Of a stretch of 64,000 nt of DNA, positions 1-12,054 are shown piece after piece (within the stretch, counting starts at the first letter, position 1; each line of letters begins with the position of its first letter). The notes below the pieces were generated by a model that was not told where the DNA came from, searched no databases, and saw nothing but the letters and a program-made list of their open reading frames with translations. The position numbers were made by a program, and so were the translations under genes. This DNA comes from Botryllus schlosseri (lineage: Eukaryota): positions 4,590,001 through 4,654,000 of the forward strand of contig CM119373.1 in assembly GCA_051294905.1 (NCBI GenBank), given 5' to 3'.

Positions 1-2230
1 TCATTTGTTAATCCTGATTTTAGTAATCATTTGTAGTCAAGCCTTTTCAGATAGGCTGTTCTTACCGCTATATAAAGCGTCTGCAAACCACCATTTGTTG
101 GTTATTAAGGTTGACGCAAAATCAATTGTAAATCTTACTTTACTTACTTCGGTTCCTTGCTTACGTTAATCTCACTTCTGTTACGTTCGTCGGCCGTATG
201 TTGCTGTGGCTGTGCTAAGTGTCAGCTATCTTCATTAAGTTGTATGTTGCTGTTGCTGTACTACGTGCCTGCTATCTTCATGAATTCGTATGTTGCTGTT
301 GCTGCACTACGTGTCTGCTATCTTCATCGATTGGATGTTGCTGTTGCTACACTATTCGTCAGCTATTTTCATTCGGATTCGACTTGATCGTGCTATTATG
401 TTATTAAAGTTATGGAACACGTGTATGAATTACAACGATTAGCATCCGTAGATAACCCCATAGACAGGCTTCTGCGCCTATAATCGGCAGCGCAAGATTC
501 AGACTGCCGCGCAGAAACAATTTACAATTAATTTGCAATTTGCAATCAATTTGCCGGTAGAGGATTTCCATCGAATGTTCTCTACATTGAAGAGGGCGTT
601 TCCTCCTGGACGGAGCGGACGATTGCGATGTTTCCACCCACAGTCTATGTTCATCGTTCACCGTCTCGCCAATCAAGAGCTCGGTTTCAGTCCGTCAGTT
701 CAGTCCGTCCAACAACGCGTTGATCTTGTCTACAGCATTCTCCGTTTGTCTGAAAGTCACATCGATTGCATGGCTGCCACATTCAGGATCATTGCAAAGA
801 TAGCAGCGCAACTGCGTGGAGAGTATATTCTTCTCTCTCCAGATGATATCACCAGGGACCATATTCACTCGGGTGCTTGAGTCACAGTTGCCGACAGAAA
901 TGCACAAACGTTGGATGCGGAAGATTGAAACACCCTCTTGAAGATGATTGAGAACTGAACCTGACGATGACGCGGATTGGTATTCAAGGCAGCAGATGGT
1001 CGAGAAGATTTGTGTCAGGCACCTCGCATCGAAAGGAGAATTCGGCTATTTGAAGAACTTCTACCGAGCAATGCCGGAAATATTGTTATGATTCCGGAAT
1101 ATTCATTTCGAGCTACTGCACGTTGCGGGGACGCCTCTAAGATTATTTCGACTTTTCCGAAGGTGACGAATTTTCCAGAGTGTGATACGATTCATCCGAC
1201 ATCGAGAGTCATCATCACGCGCCTGAGTGAAACTGTCCAAGTTGAGTCGCGTTCGATTGTCTGCGTTCATTCATAGTGATTTATTCTCGTCGCTTGTAGA
1301 CATGCTGAACGCCTCGTTACCAATTCAAAGTGATCTATTATCATCGATTGTGTAGAGTTGCTGACTGCTTCCATATTTATTCCAAATGATTTATTCTTCT
1401 CGCCTGTAGAGATGTCGAACGCCATCCTACCATTTAAAAAGTGATTCATTCTCATCGCTTGTAGAGCTGGTGAACGCCTTTCTACTATTTAGGGTGATAT
1501 ATATAGAATGTATTTTGGATCGGAGGTTCAGCAGCTCTTTGTATGTTGGTCATTGTACAATCTGACTTCGCCTTGTACAGTCTCACTTTGCCTCTTGTAC
1601 AGTCTCACTTTGCCTATGTGGATGATGATTCGAGTGATTCGGACCGTGTATTACATTGATAATTCTGTTGACCGGGATCAGTCAAATGAGGGAGTGTTCG
1701 CGCTTGCGCGAACATTTGTTAACCCTGATTTTAGTAATCATTTGTAGTCAAGCCTTTTCAGATAGGCTGTTCTTACCGCTATATAAAGCGTCTGCGAACC
1801 ACCATTTGTTGGTTATTACCGTTGACGCAAAATTAATTGTAAATCTTACTTTACTTACTTCGGTTCCTTGCTTACGTTAATCTCACTTCTGTTACGTTCG
1901 TCGGCCGTATGTTGCTGTGGCTGTGCTAAGTGTCAGCTATCTTCATTAAGTTGTATGTTGCTGTTGCTGTACTACGTGCCTGCTATCTTCATGAATTCGT
2001 ATGTTGCTGTTGCTGCACTACGTGTCTGCTATCTTCATCGATTGGATGTTGCTGTTGCTACACTATTCGTCAGCTATTTTCATTCGGATTCGACTTGAGC
2101 GTGCTATTATGTTATTAAAGTTATGGAACACGTGTATGAATTACAACGATTAGCATCCGTAGATAACCCCATAGACAGGCTTCTGCGCCTATAATCGGCA
2201 GCGCAAGATTCAGACTGCCGCGCAGAAACA
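1..2230 (+). mobile_element. Internally deleted LTR retrotransposon, probably BEL/Pao (5' LTR cut by the window edge)
   Basis: Direct repeats 1-519 and 1712-2230 (offset 1711, about 7 mismatches by eye). The 3' LTR runs TGTTCGCG (1695) to GAAACA (2230) and is preceded by a purine run GAGGGAG. The ~1.2-kb interior has a frameshifted gag-like relic (VLESQLPTEMHKRW near 870-925). No RT or integrase core is visible. Confidence 0.7.
1695..2230 (+). repeat. 3' LTR (536 bp, TG...CA)
   Basis: Near-identical to 1-519, with TGT...ACA termini and an upstream polypurine tract. Confidence 0.85.
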
Positions 2231-2654
2231 ACTCGCTCCTACGTAAGTTGTTTGGTGCTGCTAATGTCAGTGCACAATCGTTCGACGCGTTGACTGAGAA
2301 GTTATCTACACACTTCAAGGACTCAGTTCATGTGCAAGCAGCCAGGTACGAATTTTACAATTGCAAAATGCAATGGTTTGCGACTCGCAAACATTCGCTC
2401 TCTCTGCACGAAGACATAGTCATGCTCAATATTGATGGTTTTCAGCGCGTAGTAATTCCGCAGTCACTTCGAGCTCGAGCCTTATCACTGTTGCACGAAG
2501 GACATTTGGGTATCGCGAAAATGAAGCTGATGGCTCGACGTTACATCGCATGGCCTTCCATTAATCGCGACATTGAAAATCTCGTGAAGAGTTGCGACGG
2601 TTGTCGCAAAGTAATGAAAGCGCCTGATCGTCAGTATCGCGAATGGCCCAAAAC
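2231..2654 (+). mobile_element. Deletion derivative of the Gypsy family at 51323-61612 (gag fragment fused to integrase-upstream/zinc-binding region)
   Basis: 2231-2372 matches gag at ~52019-52160 (FGAANVSAQSFDALTEKLSTHFKDS...CKMQ). About 2373-2654 matches ~60171-60453 (RKHSLSLHEDIV...LHEGHLGIAKMK...VKSCDGC). Confidence 0.9.
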
Positions 2655-4305
2655 CATAAACATAAAGATAAATAGTCTAGCATTCGAATAATTGAGCAAA
2701 TGTGGCTAGTGATAATGACAATGTGACAGTCCCAATGCCATATGTGCAAAAAAATACAAATCATCGCGTTGAACATTGTTCGATTTGTATGAAGGCTACG
2801 ATGCTGAGCCACATCATTTCAGATGCCTTCACATTGTTTACCGACGACTTGTAATCTGAGCAGCTGCAAAAAAAGCGTTACAAATAAAGTTGTATGGAGT
2901 GACTAGTGTTCTGACTCGACTCGAGTCGCAAGTTCCCGATGACTGGAGTTGAGTCACAGTGTGTATTGACTCGAATCTCCGATCCTTGGACGATGAATTT
3001 AGTGAAACACCGCCACTGTCGGTGATTGGTACCCCAGTACATCATCAGTTAAATATTACAAGCTCGATTTTTGACTCATATATTCCGCAGGTCAGATCGC
3101 TATATCAGAAGAACCCAAGTATCGCAAAGCATTCCACATCGTATGTTGATTGCTGCTGACAGAAAAATCCTATGACCTTGGAAGTATGCTTCAAAGTTTT
3201 TAACGAATTTCATTCACGATAATACACTGTCTGTTAACAAAAATTGACAACAACGTATTTTATTTCCGCCATAGGATCTTTGGGTGAGACAAGTTTTGTT
3301 TGAAAACATTCAGAACAATGTAAGTACATTAAACATGGCAATGTTATTCTTGAACCTTGCCGGTATTGTTGGTATTTGAGGTAAAACTGATGTGAAACTG
3401 GGATGTCCAGCATACGGAATTGGGAGGGATCCTTCCCGTTGGACGATTCAGCACATTACTATCAAAGTTGAAATATTTGTTAAGGATTGCTTACATGTAA
3501 ATAACTCCTCCACATATAGCAAACGTCGAAAATCTCCAACTGGCCCTAAACCACAGAACAACCATCCTGTGGCAATGTTGCATTCGGAACCTTGTTATGA
3601 TTTGTAACAAGTCTATGTGACATAGAAACCAAATTCATGGAAAGGAAATAATAATTGCAAATCCCAGTATTCATAAAAAATTGGCCGCCAGATTGTTATT
3701 CAGATGCGTAACGCCAAGGCAAAGTTTTATAGTATGCACGCAACAGTGTTCAATATAATATATAAATCTCTATATTATGTTCGCATTCTTGCATCACTCT
3801 TGACTCGATCGATCCCAGCATTACAAAGTTAATTGGTCTGTGCATTTTAAATTCGAAGCCTAGTTTCCGCAATTGATGCATTGTCCCAGAATGACGGATA
3901 CGACGCCACATTTAACTGCCCGAATTGAGACAATGTGCGAGGGAGAGATAGCAGGAACTATGGCTGCACTACACATAACTTGGTATTTCTGCTTTTGAAA
4001 CCCTAATAAAGCTCAGACGGAAGTGTCCTTCATCAACTTGAAGCATTGTTGCAAAGTAAGAACGGGGCCGTCGTCTTCATAGAAACCACCGTAGTTCACG
4101 ATGATACATTCAGGAAAGCAGCACCGCCTATCGTTCACATTTCGACAACGAAAGACCACGATTTGACAACTTAAAGTTCAAAAAATACAAGTGCGTCCTT
4201 TATATTTATCAAACAATAGGAATCAGATACGAATGTCTGACTGACCGTACAATGGTCACATATTCCGACTTCGTTGCAGTCTGCGATTACGATGCAGCAG
4301 TTGAG

Positions 4306-4753
4306 TAGGCTTACCATATTTCGGAAATGAAAAAAGAGGACACTTTTTCAGAAATTTCAGACAAGCAAAACTGGAGAAGAATTCTCAAAAACAGGTAAAT
4401 TTCACCCGCTTCATGATCGGATGACTAAAAAAAAAAAGGTCATCACTTCCGCTCAGAGCTCAAAAACACGTTTTTCACTCCACATTGCCAGGTGGATGAC
4501 TAAAAAAAAAAAAAAGGTCTTTTTTTCGCTCAGAGCTGAAATCACCCCTTTTCCCTCCGATATACCCGCCGGAGCTTCACTTCAGCGCTAATTTGCGGCA
4601 TATCACTCGCGATTTCCTCTAAATATGACCTAAATTTTCAAAAAAGAGGACAAAATCTCAAAAAAGAGGACAAAAGGGCGTCCTCCGAGGACACTTTCAA
4701 AAAAGTCAAAAAAGAGGACAAATCCTCTTAAAAGAGGACGTATGGTAAGCCTA
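4306..4753. mobile_element. Non-autonomous hAT element (MITE), TAGGCTTACCATA termini
   Basis: Inverted termini TAGGCTTACCATA / TATGGTAAGCCTA, a perfect 8-bp TSD CAGTTGAG (4298-4305 and 4754-4761), and subterminal AAAAGAGGAC repeats. Confidence 0.9.
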
Positions 4754-5695
4754 CAGTTGAGCCCCTCCGTGACCGCACCTCATCAACGCTCTGTGCGATT
4801 ACTACGTTCAGCTACATATATCGTAGATGGTAAAAATGCCATTCACATTCAATTTTTACCTCTGGAAAATGCAATGCAATGCAATACTGCACTCACTTAG
4901 TTTTGAACTTCAAGCCTATGTACACCGGAGAAAAGAACTCAGATAAACTATATGAACACACAGTAATGATATGCTATATTGAAGAAATGCAAAAAAACTA
5001 TTTCTTAAAAAGCGGCAAATATATTTCATGTCTTTTATCCGGCAATCTTCAAGGGCGGCTTGTGGCGCCATGGTAGCCTTCTTGCGTCTTTGATTGACTT
5101 GATTCTGATTTGTCTTTCCAAAGAAGCCACAAAATATAATAGACGTCAGTTTTTGTTTGTTTTTATGAATAGATACAGTCAATTTCTGTATATGAATGCT
5201 AAAATGAGTTATAAAATTTATGCCAATGAAATGTAATCAAACGATTAGGCTACTCAGAGCTGAGTCAGGATAATGAAATGTAATTGGTAAGGCGTCAGCG
5301 ATAAGGATGATACCGATAAGGGGCGTAAAATTAAAATAAATGCAAAAGGAAAGAACCTCCTGATAACTACGAAATACAATATTTTGGTTCGCATTTCCAT
5401 TTTCACTTGCTGGGAAACTGTTCGATTGCATTTGATGAACATTAGGGTGCGAAAGTAAATTTGGCCAAGATTGGAGATAAGATTGGGAGAACATCTCTAC
5501 AAATGCGTGATCAAGCTTGATGAAGCCTTGGTTGGAAACTTGAGAATTTTTTTTGCTATTAATGCAACAAGCCTCGGTACTGGTCAGAGATTTAAAAAAA
5601 ACTTTGACCGCGTTGTAGGAAATGGTTCAGCACAGGTTTCAGAAGAGTTTACTTGCTGTTCATCCATTCTTGAAATATTAGGATTTAGTTTAGAC

Positions 5696-6584
5696 CACTG
5701 GTTCTCTAACTTTTTTAGACACGCTCCCAGCGTTGTAACCAAGTCACAAGTCAATCACAGTTTTATAGTTTTGACTCGAGTCAAGTCGAGTCATTTTCAA
5801 TTCACCATCGAGTCAAGTCCGAGTCCAAGTCACCGAGCAGAGGGCCGAGTCCGAGTCATGGTATTGTGACTCGAGTCGAGTCCAAGTCATTGTGTTGACT
5901 GCCAAGTTTCAAGTTAAAGGCTTGTTAAATCCACTTTTTATAACTCTGTTAGGTGATATCGAATGGTTCACATTTATAATATACTAATTTTCGTCATTTT
6001 TAGCAGTTTCTGGACGCGTTTTCAAGTACCAGTACCAATAGACGAAATCCCAATAGTGTGATTACTTTACTATTCCTCGAAATTACAATGAAACGTGGGT
6101 CTTGGCCGTCTGAGTCTCGAGTCATATGACTTGGTTCGAGTCATGCGCAATGACTTGAGTCCAAGTCGAGTCAATACACAAATTGACTCGAGTCGAGTCG
6201 AGTCATTTCTGTATTTTGAGAAAATGACTCGAGTCAAGTCGAGTCATCTGAAAAACGTGACTCGAGTCGGACTCGAGTCGAGTCATTACAACCCTGCACG
6301 CCCCCCTTTATGACAGTGAATAATTCGTGCCCCCCTTATCATCATAGCACACAATGAAACCATAAAGTTACCAATCCTTACATATAGTTTGATGGTATGG
6401 AGGTTATGACTGTTGATGAGAGAATTCTCCGATACGAAATTCAAACTATACACCGAGCAATAATCATAAAACGGAGGTGAATCGGGCCAGGCGCGGAAAA
6501 GATTTTAGTTCACTGGATGGTCGCGCCCCGTTCAGATGCTTTCACCCCGCCCAAGGGGGCACGCCCCCAGTTTGAGAACCACTG
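5696..6584. mobile_element. Charlie/Buster-type hAT MITE carrying a nested MITE
   Basis: Termini CACTGGTTCTC / GAGAACCACTG. TSD GTTTAGAC / GTTTAGCC (1 mismatch). Confidence 0.8.
5728..6296. mobile_element. hAT-like MITE rich in GACTCGAGTC palindromes, nested in 5696-6584
   Basis: Termini CAGCGTTGTAA / TTACAACCCTG and TSD CACGCTCC / CACGCCCC. Related decayed copies lie near 2900-2975 and 13400-14190. Confidence 0.8.
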
Positions 6585-6849
6585 GTTTAGCCTATATTGT
6601 ACTTCACAAAGTTTTCTGTTGCTACTAGAGCATGGGAAACAGTTTAGCGTGACTGAATTATCTAGTTATAACGCAGCACGCATAGAACACCGATGTAACT
6701 AGGCTAATTATTACATATGGTGACTGTTTACTAAGGCCTTAAGGCCCCTCGTCGTCATCCTGGTTCGTACCAGATTTTCACTGATGCGACGAATAAATGA
6801 TTGCTGATTAAATTATTATTTTATGTTGTGATTGTCAGGTTTCCATGAA

Positions 6850-7008
6850 AATGTAATTGAGATTGCAATTGACCAAAATTTTGATCAAATTACAATTACA
6901 ATTACAATTACACAAAATAGAAATGCTTCAATTACAATTACAATTACATGAAAAAATGTAACTAATTACATTCAGCTCAATTACAAATTACAATTGATCC
7001 ATATCTGC
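6850..7008. repeat. (CAATTA)n-rich repeat, probably a MITE subterminal remnant
   Basis: Runs of caattacaattacaattac at 6890-6995. Confidence 0.6.
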
Positions 7009-9075
7009 TGTACAGCTCTCAATCCATGCTCAAATCCACACAACAGGTCCCCCTGTCTCGCGTTCAAGACCCCCTGCTATGATTCGACTCGTCATTTCGC
7101 GTGGCTCCACTGTGGAGGAATGGCAAATATTCCCCAGAAAAGGGGACGATTTTAAAAAAGGGACCGAGATACCCGACTATCGAATCAAGAGCCACCTGTG
7201 GCAATGCTGTGAGAAAACTTTATCGAACGACCTCTTCAAGTAAGTCGGTGACTTCAATCAGGTCAGTGAAGGTGATATGCCGAAAGCTATTGAATCTCTA
7301 GCACAGAGGTCTCAAACTCAAATGTGCTCGCGGGCCAATTTTCCAGTTTTAGACGACGACGCGGGCCGCAGCATCAATAGGGGTATTCTATGTCTTTCCA
7401 AGTAGGCCTTATTTGACGGGATGATATTGTCCTATTCAAAAGCAGCCGACCTAACAGACTGACCTTCAGTACACATCGCATAAATGTGATTTGGACCTGG
7501 CACGAAAAAAATTATCACATTTATAACTATTTGAATAGAATTGCCGTTGTACTTGATACATAATAATTATAAGATATAGACACCATGCGAGCGGACAAAT
7601 GCATGATGTCATCATAAAAGCTATCGCGTTATTATTTTGCAGCTACAATGAATATTTTGAATTTAACAGATTGATAGTAGATATTGATCTGACATCACAG
7701 CATTTAGGGTTGAGCAGCGTAGCCCAATCCAGATTCGGGTATATTTCTGACAATTGGGCTATTAATCTCATGATTATCCTTGGTCAAATACCTAGGAATA
7801 TTGGGGCCTATAAATAACAATATAAATGTATTAATGAATGTGTCATAGTAATAAAAGTGTCGGAACGCCGAACATCGTTGGAGCGTACCACTTCGGTACT
7901 CAGTACCTTTAAGTGGCCCTATTAACATGGATATAGGGACCCAAGATGTAACTAACAGATTGACAATGGCTCGCCAAAGTTCGCGTCCAAGTCACAACTT
8001 ACAAATTTCAGTCACGAATCATCTAATGGTCGGGTTTTATCATCATGAATTGGAAATGTGACGAAATAGTGAATCTTCTACTGCATGGTAGCGTTTGCAA
8101 TTGATGTGAAGTTGAAGTTTGATGAATAGTTTCAGGCTTTCGGAGCAATTTGAGAAGGGATTTTAACTTTTAAGCCTAAAAAGGTATATATCTGGCACTT
8201 ATATATTGTCAAATACATGAAAATCTAAAATGTCGTCGCGGGCCGCACAAACTGCGCTGGCGGGCCGCCTGTTTGAGACCTCTGCTCTAACAGTTGTCAA
8301 AATCGCCACAAGCGTGCGCACCGTTGCTCTATTTTCGGCCCAGCAGGATCAAGGGCAATCCTATAGTGCATTTCTGGTCGAGGTTAAAGCGTCAGCAAGA
8401 ATTTGCTCGTTTCAAATGAATTTTACCAAGCATCACTGCACCCAAGTCAACGACTTTTCTGATAGAATTGTTAGGCATGTTGTCATCGCCGGCCTGGCTG
8501 ATGATGAGGTTCAGCGGCAAGTCCTTGGTGTTGCAAATCTCGATGCAAAATCACTAGACGAAACTGTCCAGATTAATAAAAACAAGGAACTGGCGCTCCG
8601 TGCCACCTCCTCCACGATGAGAAATCAGCATGACTCTAGTGTCGCAGCCAACTGGCACGCCTTCGCCCGATATCTCTCAAGTCGTCAAATGTAGGAAATG
8701 TGGCAATGTCATGAAGAAGTATAAATTCTTGCATGGCAAGTTTGGTAAGCCGAGGTTGCGCGAGTTTAAACAATGTCTAGCCTGCTGGAGAAAAAGCAAA
8801 CAATCGGAGACGCCTACTACTGGCACCGCTTCTGGTATCAATATCGCTGCAATATCAAACCGTACCAATAACACTGTCGAATCTCATGCTTCGGAAGTCA
8901 TATTGGACCACCACATATTCCATGGCACATACGGTTGGTTGCTGAAAGACTGCAAGGTACAACCGACCATTGATCTGTTGGTCTCCTCCCGGCAAGCCAA
9001 TTATGTCCAGTTCGATATCCAGCGTCCCGAAATATCGCCTAAGAAGATAAAGGCGATATCGGACACTGGTGCATG
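7009..9075 (+). pseudogene. Relic Ty3/Gypsy gag-protease region (a different family from 51323-61612)
   Basis: Removing the MITE at 7304-8284 joins ...RPPAMIRLVISRGSTVEEWQIF...LWQCCEKTLSNDL...KAIESLA to VVKIATSVRTVALFSAQQDQGQSY...VVIAGLADDEVQRQVLG. A CxxC...CxxC region follows, then AISDTGA (aspartic protease motif), which is cut by another MITE. Stops and frameshifts are present. Confidence 0.75.
7304..8284. mobile_element. Charlie-type hAT MITE inserted in the Gypsy gag relic
   Basis: Termini CAGAGGTCTCAAAC / GTTTGAGACCTCTG. TSD CTCTAGCA / CTCTAACA. Confidence 0.88.
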
Positions 9076-9380
9076 TAGGGTTACCATACGTCCTCCTGTA
9101 AGAGGATTTGTCCCTTTTTTTACTTTTTTGAAAGTGTCCTCGGAGGTCGCCCAAATGTCCTCTTTTTTGAGAATTTGTAGTCTTTTTCGAAAATTTTAGT
9201 TAAATATAGGTTAGAACTGAACTGAGGTAAAGGAAATCAGTAGTCAAGTAACGTTTCGGTGGATGTTTCGGGAGTTGACCCGGAAAGTTGACCTTTTTTT
9301 TCAAGTCAATAAACCACAAAGTCGGGAAAAATTTACCATTTTTTCCGGACTTTACTCCAGTATTGTAAGTCTAAAAAAAA
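9076..9380. mobile_element. Truncated hAT MITE of the 4306-4753 family (one end only)
   Basis: Starts TAGGGTTACCATACGTCCTC, the reverse complement of the 4306-4753 right end. Another single end is at ~47940-48014. Confidence 0.7.
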
Positions 9381-9381
9381 A

Positions 9382-10348
9382 AGTTCTGTGTGTGAACCTC
9401 GGAAATTTAGAGGTTCACGTTCACAAACGAACCTTGGTAGGTTCTGCACTGTGAACCTTTTTCATATATTACAATTTTCACGCCCTTATAACATCTTTGA
9501 TTAAAAGTTATTGCATTGCAACTGCGGGCCACTCTTTGCATGGCGCTGGCGGCATAAGAAATCAGCACTAAACGAGCATGCACCTTGACAATCTCAAAAA
9601 CTTTACTTGCTTTATCACAAAAGTTTGCTCTAAATATCCAGTTTTCCGTTTGTGAATATTTTGTGACACTCTGCTATGAGCTTGACCCGCAATCACACAA
9701 CATCAAGAGTGAAATACACTAATGTAGTCAGCGAATGATGCTTATTCAACCAATCAATGAAATTGACATCATTGTCTGATGTAAACAATCTAGCAGGCGT
9801 TCAGGGTCAATCTTGACATGATACATTCATTGTATCATAAAAAAAATCCGTGCGATTGGGGTGTTGGCTACTGCTTTATATATCTTGTTAATGGGGTAAT
9901 ATCGGTAGCAAGTATAGAAAGCCGTTTTACACTCTGCTCAATATCAACGTAGCAATACTAAGACGCCGAATACTTTGCCCGGTCTGGCCTGGACCGCTAC
10001 GGCGTAAGCTTATATTCCCTTCCAAGTCCTCGCCGAAATTGTTGGCAAAGCGACGGAAGATATTGATTTTATGGGATTATTATGATATCATTTGATTGCA
10101 CCAGTAGGTACATTTGGCGACGTTTAAAACGTCAATATGTACTTCAGTATTGTGGCATTATAGTGGCATTATGTGGCCCGAGTCGTCGCTAGGTATCGTG
10201 TCATTAATATAGGCTGAAGTGTAGGGTTGGAATTAGTAATATGACGTCGCGTGATGTCATGAGGTTCACGTTCGCGTTCACACAGAACCTTTCAAAAAGG
10301 TTCGCGTTCACACGAGCCTGAACCTTTCAGAGGTTCGCACCATCCCTA
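9382..10348. mobile_element. hAT-like MITE (TAGGGATGGTG family), left end missing
   Basis: Collinear with 35781-36736 and ends GTTCGCACCATCCCTA. Partial inverted copies lie at ~10610-10857 and ~11195-11500. Confidence 0.75.
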
Positions 10349-11969
10349 GTGGATACCCCATCTGTAGAATTTGCATTTGGGAAAAATTGGGTTTCGATTT
10401 CGAACACCAATCCTCTCTTGCGCACGCCACTGCGCAAGACAACCAACACCACCGCCACCACAACAACAAACGTAATTGGACTGCTTTTTGTGTTTTTGTT
10501 TTGAGGTGTTCATGGTGTTTGTCGACTACTACGATCACTTACATCAGGCCGATATTCTTCATTCTTATAGCATGGCCCACGTCTAGGCTTTTTGTAAGAC
10601 ACCGCTCACGCGAATGAGGTGGCGTGGTGGAAGGCGCATGCTCGTTTAGAGTTGAATTTCCTTTATGCTAACAACGCCATGCAGAGAATGGTCCGAAGGT
10701 GACATGCAAAGAATTTCAACCAAAGATGTTATAATGACTTAAAAAATTGAAATAAATGAAAAAGGTTCACAGTGCACAACCTAACAAGGTTTGGAATTTC
10801 TGAGAACGCGAACACTGAGAATGCGACCGTGAACGTGAACGGTTCACACCATCCCTACTATTTAATTTAACTATAAATCTTCGTGATTTGTACGATACAA
10901 TTCCTGATAATATCGGCGGACAACTATCGAATTTTTGTTATCGGCGCGACTGCCTTTTCGTATCAAGCAATTGCAACAGTGAAGATACAGTGCCATGAAT
11001 TTTGTAATGGGTTACGCAGCGAACACGCGCAACAGCGGCAGCATAGATGCCTCTAGAGTGGAACGGGGACAGTTGGAAAAATCATTTATTTGCAGTTCCG
11101 TTGCGGCGTTTTTACATATTTTATCTTTGTTTTGAGACCACTTCATATTTAGAGCGCAGCGTCCATTTAAACGCTCCCTGTTAGACCCAAATTAAGGGAT
11201 GGTGCGAACCCCTGAAAGGTTCTGATGTGCGTGAACATGAACCTCTTTGAAAGGTTCTGTGTGAACGCCAATGTGAACACGAACCTATGACGTCTGCGTA
11301 TTGATGACGTAGCGGTGTGATATATATGATCATAAAATGAAGTAGCCTTGCACACCAGGAAGAACAAGCACAGCCTCAGTCAAAACACATCTTGTAAATA
11401 TGCCGTCTTCAAGCTTAGAAAATCCTTCATATTCCATTATTATGTCAACGGTATATAGGCCTAAATGATATTTGACGTGGCGTACTGCAGTTGCATTTAA
11501 GAATAAATTTATTGATGCAAGCCGGGATCTGAGTCGCGTTGTACTATTGAAAATGATGATAAAGTTACGCTGATCAGTTTCGAGAGTCGTTGAGTCAAGA
11601 GGCCGGTCATTGAGCGTAATAAATTGTCTCGCAGACCTGACTTTGGGTACCTCTGCAAAACAACTGCAATGGGTGGTATTTTTTTACTCAGGCCACCAGC
11701 TCCTAAGGTTACAGGTTTCATTTTGGCATGCGTTATAGACAGCATATGCCGGGATTTTCCAAAGCGGAAGAGAAAGACATTGACTTCCCTAGAACAATGA
11801 GGCATTTCAGAAGGAAAGCATGACGCGTTTATAACGTAGCGTAGAGCATTGAAAGCAGATATTGACAGCTAACTTTGTACGGAGTTGACTCAAATATCAA
11901 CTTCCTTGATTCAAATTATTCATAGAATAAATTGGAACAGAGCAGTAATATTGAAACGAGATCGTCTGG

Positions 11970-12054
11970 ATGGCCACGTATGGGCTACTCTTAGCAACAG
12001 TATTCGTGACAGTTATGGCGAATGCGCGTATCGTGACTCTATCCGGCTCAGCTG
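11970..12054 (+). CDS. Lectin gene 1 exon 1 (signal peptide)
   Basis: ATG, hydrophobic stretch GLLLATVFVTVMA, donor G|GTAAGC, phase 1. Confidence 0.7.

Noticed and set aside
157..407. Duplicated Cys-rich or hydrophobic ORFs (also 1868-2118)
   Set aside because: These are low-complexity GTTGCT repeats inside LTRs with non-ATG starts.
6749..6800. Possible hammerhead ribozyme (CTGATGCG...GAA in a stem-loop)
   Set aside because: It lacks the CUGANGA and GAAA core. A stem-loop followed by AATAAA and a short repeat fits a retroelement 3' end better.
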